A DNA stretch of 32,641 nucleotides from the IMG/VR virus record IMGVR_UViG_3300032286_000077, positions 1 to 32,641 of that record; one strand, written 5' to 3'. Made by a program: the position numbers and the translations under genes. Every line of letters starts with the position of its first letter. The first letter of the stretch is position 1. Below are positions 15,497-23,993 of this stretch, piece after piece. This stretch comes from a virus. The notes under the pieces are model-generated. The model made no database searches. It saw nothing but the letters and a program-made list of their open reading frames with translations, and was not told the origin of the DNA.

Positions 15497-16971
15497 TCGA
15501 TGCCCTCTTTGATGTTGCCGATATAAATGGGAAAATCTTTCAAGGCTGGGTGCGGCTCTGCAACCACAAAACAACCCTGTCTAATCGCCTCAATTGCCCT
15601 GTTTGCGCTTTTGTAAGAAGCAGTGGTAGGGATCACCACTATATCGGCTCGGGCAAATTCTTCCAACATGGTTTCTTTCGACCAAGGAATCGCCCCCTCA
15701 AAGTTTGACACCACCCGCAAGGGATAACCCTCAAGGTCAGGCAGTATGCGCTGCAAGCTATCACGGTTGACGTGATGCCCAAACCACAGCAAATTTGTCC
15801 CAGCGTAATGCGGTGGCATCTCGGGAAACTCATAAGGGTCGGCAATGACAGTTGCATCCCGCCCCAACTCTTTAATTCTTTTAGCCATCTCGGTGGTTGA
15901 GCAAGTCACCGCATCAGCCAGCCGCAGCGCCTCTTGGTAGTGCAACCAATCAAAATGGTCATCACAAAAGTCCACCACCACCCAAGCGCCTCGGGCTTTA
16001 GCTCTTGCCATATCCATCAGCTCACTGGCTTGCGGTTTGGCAAATATCAACGTGTCGGCAGTCAGGTCGTTTAAGGTTGCCCAATCCCCTGACGGTATTT
16101 TTGCCCGATAGCGCCAGCTCGCCGCATTCTTGTCGCCCCAATGGATAAATGAGGTGCGGTCGTTAAGGTTTGCCTTAACATTGATGATGTCACCCAACTC
16201 CATCATGTTCTGTTCACGCTTTTTAATGATGGCTTGGATCAACCCATGCCCATGCCCATTAAATGTGGCATCAGGCAAATAATCGTAATAGGTTTGGAAG
16301 TGCTCGGCCTGCAACGCCATTGCTGTATTGCAATAAAAGGTCTCGCCCTGTGGGTCAATCTTGACCTCAATCAGCTTGTCGCCCTCTTTTAGCCCCTCGC
16401 CGTTTACCCTAAGTAAATCGCCGTCATTGCAAGAGTCAAACCCAAACAGCTCAAACTGGCGGTAGCCAAGAACGTAAAACAGCGATATAGCCCTTAATCC
16501 TGAGGTTGTACCCCCACCTATCAACATACAGTTTTTAGGGCGGTCTTGCCCTTTTTTAACGTATGGATGCCATAGCGTGACCTGACACCCATCAAGGTTG
16601 TCAAACATCGCTGGATGGCATTGGCTGGCAATCATGTAATGCACAGTCGGCTGCGGTTTGTAAAACGCTATCCTGTGCTCTTGCGGGTCGATGGCTAATG
16701 CGTAATCAGGCATAACGCCGTTATCAATTAACCAATCATGTGCGCCCTTAATTGCCACAATAGGCGACCCTGCCGCTTTCATCTTTTTAATAAGCTCTAA
16801 CTGACCTTTAACGCTTGGTGCGCTTGCCACCAACAAGATCGCGCCGGTCTTTATTTCCTGCGCTTGTCTGACCTGTGGGTAACCTCTAGCAACCGCCGCA
16901 TCCATGTTGGCAAACAATGTCTCATCTTCTGCGACACACTTACCGGTAATTTTTAAAGGCAAAGAACTCAT
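15340..16971 (-). CDS. Two-domain putative glycosyltransferase: N-terminal DUF115 (Maf-like) plus a C-terminal GT-B-like domain
   Basis: The N-terminal half has VASAPSV ... KGAHDWLIDNGVMPDYALAIDP ... LIGGGTTSGLRAISLFYVLGYRQFELFGFDS. The C-terminal half has ADIVVIPTTASYKSANRAIEAIRQGCFVVAEPHP, which resembles the nucleotide-sugar-binding half of GT-B enzymes. Confidence 0.75.
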   Translation of the reverse strand: MSSLPLKITGKCVAEDETLFANMDAAVARGYPQVRQAQEIKTGAILLVASAPSVKGQLELIKKMKAAGSPIVAIKGAHDWLIDNGVMPDYALAIDPQEHRIAFYKPQPTVHYMIASQCHPAMFDNLDGCQVTLWHPYVKKGQDRPKNCMLIGGGTTSGLRAISLFYVLGYRQFELFGFDSCNDGDLLRVNGEGLKEGDKLIEVKIDPQGETFYCNTAMALQAEHFQTYYDYLPDATFNGHGHGLIQAIIKKREQNMMELGDIINVKANLNDRTSFIHWGDKNAASWRYRAKIPSGDWATLNDLTADTLIFAKPQASELMDMARAKARGAWVVVDFCDDHFDWLHYQEALRLADAVTCSTTEMAKRIKELGRDATVIADPYEFPEMPPHYAGTNLLWFGHHVNRDSLQRILPDLEGYPLRVVSNFEGAIPWSKETMLEEFARADIVVIPTTASYKSANRAIEAIRQGCFVVAEPHPALKDFPIYIGNIKEGIEWTKQQNMNELISKAQRFVREEFSPQILIDKWKSATRRPTTLDADQRNGTVG

Positions 16972-17001
16972 TAAAAAGACACCCCACCTTTTGAGTGGGG
17001 C
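16972..17001 (-). terminator. Hairpin plus T-tract after the capsid/accessory genes (partial intrinsic terminator and/or SD-occluding structure)
   Basis: The minus strand reads CCCCAC-TCAAAAG-GTGGGG-TGTC-TTTTT-A and then ATG at 16971. The stem is 6 bp, and its 3' arm is also the only SD-like sequence for the next gene. Confidence 0.5.
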
Positions 17002-17012
17002 ATCGTTTCTGA

Positions 17013-17546
17013 TTAGCCTGCGCCAACCATGATCAAGCCTGCATTGTTGACCATACAGAATGGTGCTGATGCAGAAGTAGCGGATGTGTTAGCCACAATA
17101 CCTTGGATGAAGCCAGCAGACACAGTTGTGTCGTCCAACGAACCAGCGGTAGAAGTGGTGTACAAAGGCACTTTAGGATTGCATCCAACCAACAAGTTGA
17201 CCTTGAGCATACCGTTCAAGCCAACCCAGCCGTAGTAGCTAGAGGCAATTGCGGTTTGTGCAAAACCAACCATGTTGAAACCCAAAGCCGCAGCGTTTGT
17301 GGTGGTCACAGGCACAGCTCGCATAACAGGAGTGGAACTTGCTGAGTCTGCGTAACTGGACATGATCACAGCATCAAATGCGTTGATTGTGGATTCGGCG
17401 CGAACAAAAATGTAAACGCCGTTGTTGGATGTTCCTACCCGTGTGCCAGGTGTAACTGGAAACAATGTTGTAGAGCCTGCACTTGTTGACGCATAAGTAG
17501 CCGTCAAGTCAATGCCGATTTTGCCGTCTGTGACGTAATCTGCCAT
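17013..17546 (-). CDS. Ser/Thr-rich capsid-accessory (decoration-like) protein
   Basis: It lies 12 nt downstream of the major capsid gene and has its own GGAG. By my count 40 of 177 residues are Ser or Thr, clustered in runs such as TATYASTSAGSTT, SSYADSASSTP, TTSTAGS and NTSATSAS. Confidence 0.5.
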   Translation of the reverse strand: MADYVTDGKIGIDLTATYASTSAGSTTLFPVTPGTRVGTSNNGVYIFVRAESTINAFDAVIMSSYADSASSTPVMRAVPVTTTNAAALGFNMVGFAQTAIASSYYGWVGLNGMLKVNLLVGCNPKVPLYTTSTAGSLDDTTVSAGFIQGIVANTSATSASAPFCMVNNAGLIMVGAG

Positions 17547-17558
17547 GATATTTGCTCC

Positions 17559-18539
17559 TTATTCAGTCATCACGCCTTGGAACTGGAGTCCCGAGGCAGT
17601 CATATTGCCAGCCCAGCCGATCAAGCGCACGATGGCATCTTGGTTGGTGGACATACGCTCATCACCAATCGGAACGAAGTTACGATTTGCATGAGGACGG
17701 AAGAAAATGTATTTCGTGTTCAAGAAATAACCAGTAGATGTCGGGATGTTGCCGCCGATACCACCGTCAAGAACAACGTCTGCATTCATGTACTTGGAAG
17801 CAACAAAGCCTAATTCGGCCATTTTGCTAGATCCTGGGAAACGCTGAATGTTTTGCAGAGACGACATAAAGAAGCCCCACAAGTTGTTATCCAACAAAAT
17901 CAAATCGACTACGTCAGAGCCGCGACTTGTCTTTGCATACAGGCGGTTAAAACCGGTCTGAATGTTTGAGCTGGAAGCAGAAGCACCCAAGTCAGAAGTG
18001 AAGTCAAAAGTCTGATTACGCCAAAATGACCATGTTTGACGATCAATACCGCCAACCACACCAGTGCCAGGCGATGCGACCACCATAGCTTGCAAACCAG
18101 TGATTTGCTTGCCGTTGTTGGCTGTACCGTCAGAGTAGATACCAGTAGAGATCAAGTTTTCAATCGATGCCTCGGCAACGTCCAAACGTGCGTCAAACAA
18201 ATCGATGATCTGTTCTTCGCCGCTGTTTTGGAGCATTTCCAAGCCATTGATGGTAACTGCCACCGCTGCTTGTTTGATAGGGAACTGAGCCGCAGAGATT
18301 ACGTCCGCAGGGCTGATGTCTAAGACTTCAGCGCCCGAGTAGTACATAGCGGTTGAGTTTGCTTGGAATGACAATTCTTGCAGAATGGTCGAACCACCTG
18401 TGAAAGGCTTGTAACGGCCTTTCTCACGCAGGCGAGTCAGCAACGCATTGTTTTTGGTCACGTTATCAGCAACGATGCCGGAACGTGACTCAATGGTGGT
18501 TGCTAAAACGTCTGAGTAATTACTATTGGCGTATGCCAT
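17559..18539 (-). CDS. Major capsid protein (HK97-fold type)
   Basis: The 326-aa gene directly follows the scaffold gene. The N-terminal region LLTRLREKGRYKPFTGGSTILQEL ... VAVTINGLEMLQNSG resembles podovirus coat proteins. Confidence 0.85.
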   Translation of the reverse strand: MAYANSNYSDVLATTIESRSGIVADNVTKNNALLTRLREKGRYKPFTGGSTILQELSFQANSTAMYYSGAEVLDISPADVISAAQFPIKQAAVAVTINGLEMLQNSGEEQIIDLFDARLDVAEASIENLISTGIYSDGTANNGKQITGLQAMVVASPGTGVVGGIDRQTWSFWRNQTFDFTSDLGASASSSNIQTGFNRLYAKTSRGSDVVDLILLDNNLWGFFMSSLQNIQRFPGSSKMAELGFVASKYMNADVVLDGGIGGNIPTSTGYFLNTKYIFFRPHANRNFVPIGDERMSTNQDAIVRLIGWAGNMTASGLQFQGVMTE

Positions 18540-18552
18540 GATTTACTCCTTT

Positions 18553-19608
18553 TTAATTCACCTGCCGCAGCGCATTGGCAATAACGGCTCGGCGATCCAT
18601 TTGATTGACTGCACCTGAGATGGCAGCGCCTGGCGCTCCCCTAACCTGTACAGCCGCCTGTTTTGCTTTTTGAACCTGATTCTGCGCGGCATAGTTTTGT
18701 TGCTGTTGAGCATATAAACTTTGTGCTAACTGTGGATCAAGCCTTACAGCGGTGTCGTATGCCATCTGCAATTTCTCGCGTTCTGACATATTACTAATGT
18801 CCCCTAGAACCTGTGGCGCTTGGAGAAGCGACAACATTCGATCTTGGACGGCCTCAAAGTGTGCGTTTGCGGGGTCGCTCGCAAACTGCTGGATTACAGA
18901 GAGTGCTCTGTTTTCATTCTGTTTCTGCGCTTCGTACTGGCTCTGCGTGATGTGTTGCGTAAGCTGCTGTACTTGTTGCGCCAATTGATTGTAGTGCGAA
19001 TCTTGCTGTGGTGGTGCTTCGCCGCCAAAGTAAGCAGCCACTTGATCTAGCGGAATTTGAAACTGCTGGATCATTTGGGCAACAGCTTGGGATTTCTGTT
19101 GCGGTGTGCCTGTTCTTAACAATGCCGCCGTTTGAAGCAATGGGCCAATCGCCGTAGCAGGCGTGGCGTTCTCGTTTCTAAGCATCCACTCGTATGGCTG
19201 GAATAATTCGGTAATTGCCCGAGCCTCTGCATCCCTTTGCTTGTACTGATTGATGCCCTTTTCGTAGTCGGCATCCCGCTGGGCAAAGGCTTGCTGTAAC
19301 TCAGGTGGGGCTTTTTCCCAATGGTCTTTCAGCTCAAGGCGCAGGCTTTTAGGCATCTCAGCTCTAGGCTTGTCAGCCATCTGAGGCGCTTGGGTTTCTG
19401 CTGTGGGGAATTTAGGTGCAAACTTACCCCCCTCTCGGGGCTGTGTAGCTGCGTGTTTGCCCCGATTGGTTGGGGTCTTGGTCAAAGCCTCACGAATCGT
19501 ATCGGCTCTGCTTTGCGGCTCGGCTGGCGCTTGGGGCGCTTCGACCGCTGGGGTTTCGGGTGCTGGTGTTTCTATCGTGTCGGGTGCGACAACTTCGTTT
19601 TCCATCAC
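18553..19608 (-). CDS. Scaffolding protein
   Basis: It has an acidic Pro/Ala-rich N-terminus followed by a long Gln-rich helical region. It is immediately upstream of the capsid gene. Confidence 0.7.
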   Translation of the reverse strand: MMENEVVAPDTIETPAPETPAVEAPQAPAEPQSRADTIREALTKTPTNRGKHAATQPREGGKFAPKFPTAETQAPQMADKPRAEMPKSLRLELKDHWEKAPPELQQAFAQRDADYEKGINQYKQRDAEARAITELFQPYEWMLRNENATPATAIGPLLQTAALLRTGTPQQKSQAVAQMIQQFQIPLDQVAAYFGGEAPPQQDSHYNQLAQQVQQLTQHITQSQYEAQKQNENRALSVIQQFASDPANAHFEAVQDRMLSLLQAPQVLGDISNMSEREKLQMAYDTAVRLDPQLAQSLYAQQQQNYAAQNQVQKAKQAAVQVRGAPGAAISGAVNQMDRRAVIANALRQVN

Positions 19609-20033
19609 TTCATCCTTTTCATTTGTTCCAAAGTCATTTTGATCATCTCCTTGCGCTCGGGCATGGGACGGTTGTGCAATCTGTTTGCCATCTCAACATT
19701 CAGATTAGACATCTTAACAGGGGCTATCGGTGCGCCTGGTCGGTCAAACTCTTGCACCGTAGCCAACTGACCACGCAGCCGGTCTCGGTGCGCTTCTTTT
19801 TTCTTGTTCCACTCTTGCTGTGCATACTTAACATCCGAATGCCCCATCTCGATTGAATCGGTGCGCTTTAAGTGCTCGCGCCATTGCTTTCTGCCCTCAA
19901 TCATCACGCCATCAGGCGACATAAAGGGCGCAATATCGCCCATGACCGAGGCCATCGTTTCGTTTCGGTACTCGCCCCGCGTGACTTCATAAGCCTCGCT
20001 GCCGTCTGATGGATAAACCCAAGTACGTTTCAT
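19605..20033 (-). CDS. Hypothetical head-module protein (142 aa)
   Basis: The ORF has ATGA coupling at both ends, and I recognised no family. Confidence 0.75.
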   Translation of the reverse strand: MKRTWVYPSDGSEAYEVTRGEYRNETMASVMGDIAPFMSPDGVMIEGRKQWREHLKRTDSIEMGHSDVKYAQQEWNKKKEAHRDRLRGQLATVQEFDRPGAPIAPVKMSNLNVEMANRLHNRPMPERKEMIKMTLEQMKRMK

Positions 20034-20389
20034 AGCAAATCCAAAAGTGTTTCGAAATCTTCTTCATCTTGCTCAAACTCAATCCGCTTTTTCAGCGTTT
20101 CAATCTGAACCATGACCGCATCATAAGTGATTACAGTTTGAGCTGCAATATCTATTGTCTGAGCTGGGGCGCTGGTGATCTTCTCTCGCTGGTCAGGCGG
20201 CAACCCAAACAGCGCTGTCTTGATCTTTTCCCTGCGCTTGGCCTCTTGCTTCTTGTCCTGCTCCCAAGCCTTGTCGCGCTCATCAAACCCAAAATGCCCA
20301 CCTAGTAGGACTTCGCTTGGCGGTGGTGGCGCTGCCGCTGGGCCAATCGTGGCAAATGGAAGCTCGGCAAATGCGGCATACCCAAACAC
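20030..20389 (-). CDS. Hypothetical head-module protein (119 aa, GTG start)
   Basis: The GTG at 20389 directly follows the upstream TAA, with a G-run SD 5 nt upstream. The protein has an acidic C-terminus. Confidence 0.7.
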   Translation of the reverse strand: MFGYAAFAELPFATIGPAAAPPPPSEVLLGGHFGFDERDKAWEQDKKQEAKRREKIKTALFGLPPDQREKITSAPAQTIDIAAQTVITYDAVMVQIETLKKRIEFEQDEEDFETLLDLL

Positions 20390-21430
20390 TTATGCCCCCC
20401 ACTTAGCTGCTAGTCCATCCGCGTAAGTCTTGTTAACAATGTCTGTGCTTGCGCTTGGCGCTGTGCTGATCGTGCCTGTGGTCAGAGCCACCGATGTGAT
20501 TGAGCCGCCAAGGGTTAAGTTTCCTGTGCTGGTGACTGTGCCTGTCAAGGTCAAGCCGTTAACTGTTCCTGTACCGCCGACTGAGGTAACTGTTCCCACG
20601 CTTGCTGAGCCGCCCAACGATGTGGCAACGCCATTTATTGTGATTGAGGAGTAAGTTAAGGCGCTGTTTGGTATTGATGTTAAGCCTGAGCCTGACCCCG
20701 AAAATGACGTAGCCGTAATTGTTGTGCCTGTAATGGCTTTGGGCGTAATCCCGCCAATTACCAAGTTATCCAATGTGCCTGTATTGGTAGGCGCTATCTC
20801 AACCGATCCTGCCCCTGTGGGCTTCATGTGGACGTGGCCTGTCCCTGTGGGGCTTATATCGACTTGGGCATTTGAGCCGTTAATGTTGGTTGAGACATTT
20901 AGCGTCAAGTTATCGCCACCGCCTGCACCCATGCTTAACTGCGTTGTACCTGATGCGTTTTTAAGGGATAACCCTGCCGAATTAGTGGCCTGAACTGTTG
21001 GAGTAGATAGGCTTGTGAGGGTAGCCGTTCCACCTGTAATCGTCACCGAATTGGCGTTTTGGGTAGACATTGTTCCCAAGCCGCTAATGTCAGTATTGCT
21101 TAACGTGACCTCGCCAACCTTGCCAGCCACCGAAATAACTGTTTTACCAGCAGGCAAGGTAACAAACACATCTTTTGTGCCTGCCGTCAATAAAAGCTTA
21201 GACCCGCCGTTAGATGAGCTTAAAACAGTATCTCGGCTTAACGTATTGGAAAGATACGTCCCAATCCCTACTTCCCATTCGGTAGTGCCTTGAATCGTGT
21301 AATAAGTTGTATTGTTGTTGCCAACCGCTGTAAATGCTTGAAAACCAGCCACCGCGCCATCAAGCGATAACGTACCTGTTCCTGTCGTGGTGGTGGTTTC
21401 CCTAACCCTGTCCGCTATGACAAAGCTCAT
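20390..21430 (-). CDS. Fiber-like protein rich in Thr, Gly and Ser (head fiber or second tail fiber)
   Basis: The N-terminus IADRVRETTTTTGTGTLSLDGAVAGFQAF ... WEVGIGTY is followed by reiterated beta-helix-like units (TLTGTVTSTGNLTLGGSITSV). The C-terminus has IVNKTYADGL. Confidence 0.6.
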   Translation of the reverse strand: MSFVIADRVRETTTTTGTGTLSLDGAVAGFQAFTAVGNNNTTYYTIQGTTEWEVGIGTYLSNTLSRDTVLSSSNGGSKLLLTAGTKDVFVTLPAGKTVISVAGKVGEVTLSNTDISGLGTMSTQNANSVTITGGTATLTSLSTPTVQATNSAGLSLKNASGTTQLSMGAGGGDNLTLNVSTNINGSNAQVDISPTGTGHVHMKPTGAGSVEIAPTNTGTLDNLVIGGITPKAITGTTITATSFSGSGSGLTSIPNSALTYSSITINGVATSLGGSASVGTVTSVGGTGTVNGLTLTGTVTSTGNLTLGGSITSVALTTGTISTAPSASTDIVNKTYADGLAAKWGA

Positions 21431-23712
21431 ACCGCAATCTCAACACCCGCCGCCCGACCATCAGGCCCACGAATAATGCGCTTGGGTGCGCTGATCGCCT
21501 GCATTACGCCGGTAATCTGTCCAAGGGTTTGACCATGCATATCAGCAAGGCGGTTAATTGCTTCGCTCATGCCGTCACCCAAAGTAGCGTCAAGCTCTTC
21601 AGATGCCGCCATTTGTGCGCTTAAGGCCGCTTGATCGAGGCCAGCTTTTGCACCAATTTGAGCCACAAGGACTTTAGTTGCTGCATCAAGCTCTGCTTTC
21701 CATCGTTCATATTCTTCCTTTCCAGCCATTTCTCGGGCTTTTATCTGCATCTCGTTATTTTGTTTAGCCGCTTCAAACTCGGCTTTCATCTGTTGTAGTT
21801 GCATCTCGGCCTGCACCTTGGCTTGTTGCATCTGCATATCAAGCTGGGCTTTGACTTGCGTCATCTGTGCGTCAGCCTGCATTTTCATCTGCTCAGTCTG
21901 TGCCTGCGCCTGCATCCGCATTTGTTCAGCTTGCTGGTCAGCCTGTAGCTTCATCATCTCGGGATTCTGCTGTGGTTGCTGTGCCGCCTGCGCCGCTTTG
22001 TCGCTTAAGGCTTTCATGGCTTGCTCAATCGCGCCCTCCATCCCTCGACCCGCCCTAAATCTGCGAACAAGGAATAAAAGCATTTCTGACATCATGGGCA
22101 ACATCTCAGGGACGTTTTGCATGATAGGCAATGAGCTTTGCAAGAATGAGCCAATGGTCTCCACCGCTTCAGCCGCCGCTTGCTTTTCTGCTTGCTCATC
22201 AATCTGAGCCAAGCTATCGGCCTCGACTTGAATGTGGAAGTCCCTAATCGTGCTGTTAGACAGCATTTGGATCGCTGCCTGCAACAACTGTGGATCTTGA
22301 CCGTCTTGCGTGTTCATCACGCCCGACATCTCAACAATCAACTCAGGTGGGTAAAACTTGCAAATGATTTGCGCTTTAAGCCTAAAAACATCTGTGGCAA
22401 ACCGAGCCACATCGCCTTGGGCGCTACGCAAACGCAAGCTACCAAAGTTGGCCTTGAGCTGTTGAGCACCTAGCGTTTCTTGAGCTTTGGACGATCCACG
22501 CAGAATGTCCGATATGCCCATGATCTCGTAGATCGACTGCTTAACCTGTTCACGAGCCGCATACAACTCCCGCAAGGTCACAATGATCTGCGAGGTGTCC
22601 ATCATGTCAATAGCGCCTTTTAAGCCGCCTTTTTCTGACATTGCCGCCCAGCCGGTCACAGGGAATAGCTTGTTGTCCACACCCTCGCTAAACATCCGCG
22701 CCAGCTCTTTAAACTCGGCATTGAATACACCAACCGCCTTACAAGCCTTGGTCAGCAAGTAAATGCGCTGTGTTAAGTTGTCCAGCTCTTGCGCCTGATC
22801 CTCATATTCGCAGTAATCAGGAATCGGAATCATTGTCCCTGTGGTGGTGGTTGCCAACAAGGGTTTGGGGCAAGGGAAGAATTCTTCTAACTCTAAGGGG
22901 TCATCCCTCTCATCTAGCGCCTGTGGATAACCTTTGGCAATCCAGCAAACCTTGCCGCTGCGCTTATTCCAAATCTCATAGACCTTGGCTTTTTTGTCAT
23001 AGGTCATCTTGGCGGTTAAGGGATTCTTGCCGTCCATGTCGGTGTTTGAGCTGGTCAGGCTGACGTTTTTAAATACGTCTCCAAAGCGCTCAATGCCCTC
23101 GTCCTTGGTCATGTAGACCGCCCGAGCTACCCACCAAACCTCATCCCATGTGCGAGCTGGTGAGTGTAGGAAATCAGCCCAGTAAACGTAATCAATGGGG
23201 CTATGGGCAGAATCAATACGCTCTTTAGGCTCTTCTACTGCGTCATAAACTTGAGCCTCGTCCTGCTCTAATCCCTCGACCTCGGGTTGGTCGTTAACAA
23301 TGATCGGCTCGTAGCGTATCCATGCCGTACCGCGACCAGGCAGCAATCTATCCTCCACCACGCCACGCATTGCATTGTCAAAGTCTGCAAATTGGGTGGT
23401 CTCATACTCCATCACCCTCTCAAGCATTGTTGAGGCAAGGCGACCGACAGGGTCTTGGTCAGAAAATCGGCGTGAAACCTCGGGCTTGGCTTGGCGACCA
23501 TACAAGGCAGGAAACAGGACTTGGATGTTTGACCACAGGATGTTGAACTTCATCCTTGGCATTTCTATTGCATCGCGTTCATCCCGATAGCGCTTGACAA
23601 CCTTTTGACCGCGCTTTTCCCATTTGTCAAATGACTTTTGGGCGGTCTCTATTTGATCGTGCCAATAAGGGCCAGCATCTTCGCCCTCGTATGCGCCTGT
23701 TTCTTCGTACAT
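21427..23712 (-). CDS. Portal (head-tail connector) protein with a long Met/Gln-rich C-terminal extension
   Basis: The 761-aa gene lies two genes downstream of TerL. The core is of podovirus portal size, and the tail carries runs like QAEQMRMQAQAQTEQMKMQADAQMTQVKAQLDMQMQQAKVQAEMQLQQMK. Confidence 0.85.
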   Translation of the reverse strand: MYEETGAYEGEDAGPYWHDQIETAQKSFDKWEKRGQKVVKRYRDERDAIEMPRMKFNILWSNIQVLFPALYGRQAKPEVSRRFSDQDPVGRLASTMLERVMEYETTQFADFDNAMRGVVEDRLLPGRGTAWIRYEPIIVNDQPEVEGLEQDEAQVYDAVEEPKERIDSAHSPIDYVYWADFLHSPARTWDEVWWVARAVYMTKDEGIERFGDVFKNVSLTSSNTDMDGKNPLTAKMTYDKKAKVYEIWNKRSGKVCWIAKGYPQALDERDDPLELEEFFPCPKPLLATTTTGTMIPIPDYCEYEDQAQELDNLTQRIYLLTKACKAVGVFNAEFKELARMFSEGVDNKLFPVTGWAAMSEKGGLKGAIDMMDTSQIIVTLRELYAAREQVKQSIYEIMGISDILRGSSKAQETLGAQQLKANFGSLRLRSAQGDVARFATDVFRLKAQIICKFYPPELIVEMSGVMNTQDGQDPQLLQAAIQMLSNSTIRDFHIQVEADSLAQIDEQAEKQAAAEAVETIGSFLQSSLPIMQNVPEMLPMMSEMLLFLVRRFRAGRGMEGAIEQAMKALSDKAAQAAQQPQQNPEMMKLQADQQAEQMRMQAQAQTEQMKMQADAQMTQVKAQLDMQMQQAKVQAEMQLQQMKAEFEAAKQNNEMQIKAREMAGKEEYERWKAELDAATKVLVAQIGAKAGLDQAALSAQMAASEELDATLGDGMSEAINRLADMHGQTLGQITGVMQAISAPKRIIRGPDGRAAGVEIAV

Positions 23713-23714
23713 GA

Positions 23715-23993
23715 TCAGCTACCAGCGGCAAAGAAGAATGTCACATCCAATGCTGTGCCACCAATCGTGGCGTACAAACTGACACCTACGTTAGCGGGGA
23801 ATCGATGAAACCCGATAGCCGGTGTGATTGTGCCACTCATTACTTCGCCACCAGCGCCGCCGTTGCGGAGTACCAATGTGCCTATGGTAGTGTTGTTAAC
23901 GTAGAAACCAATCAACTGACAAGGGCCTGGCGTTACTGCGCCGGTTGCGGTAATGTTTTTATACCCACCGACTTCTGCTACTGGCTGGCTCAT
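23715..23993 (-). CDS. Small beta-rich hypothetical protein between terminase and portal (92 aa)
   Basis: The ORF is coupled to the TerL stop by ATGA. It is rich in Gly, Thr and Val, and I recognised no family. Confidence 0.7.
   Translation of the reverse strand: MSQPVAEVGGYKNITATGAVTPGPCQLIGFYVNNTTIGTLVLRNGGAGGEVMSGTITPAIGFHRFPANVGVSLYATIGGTALDVTFFFAAGS

Noticed and set aside
17544-17561. The major capsid gene and the downstream 177-aa gene are in the same frame, separated by TAA plus four codons. This raises the idea of a readthrough capsid-decoration fusion, analogous to T7 10A/10B.
   Set aside because: The chance of being in frame is one in three. The spacer is itself a well-placed GGAG SD for an independent ATG, and I saw no slippery or readthrough-promoting context.
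21818-22207. A plus-strand Cys-rich ORF (129 aa) and other plus-strand ORFs within minus-strand genes, for example 4770-5045, 5901-6131, 10006-10663, 19321-19856 and 20430-21293
   Set aside because: All are antisense to long, well-supported genes. They have skewed, low-complexity compositions (Cys/Ser/Leu/Arg-rich) and lack SD sequences.
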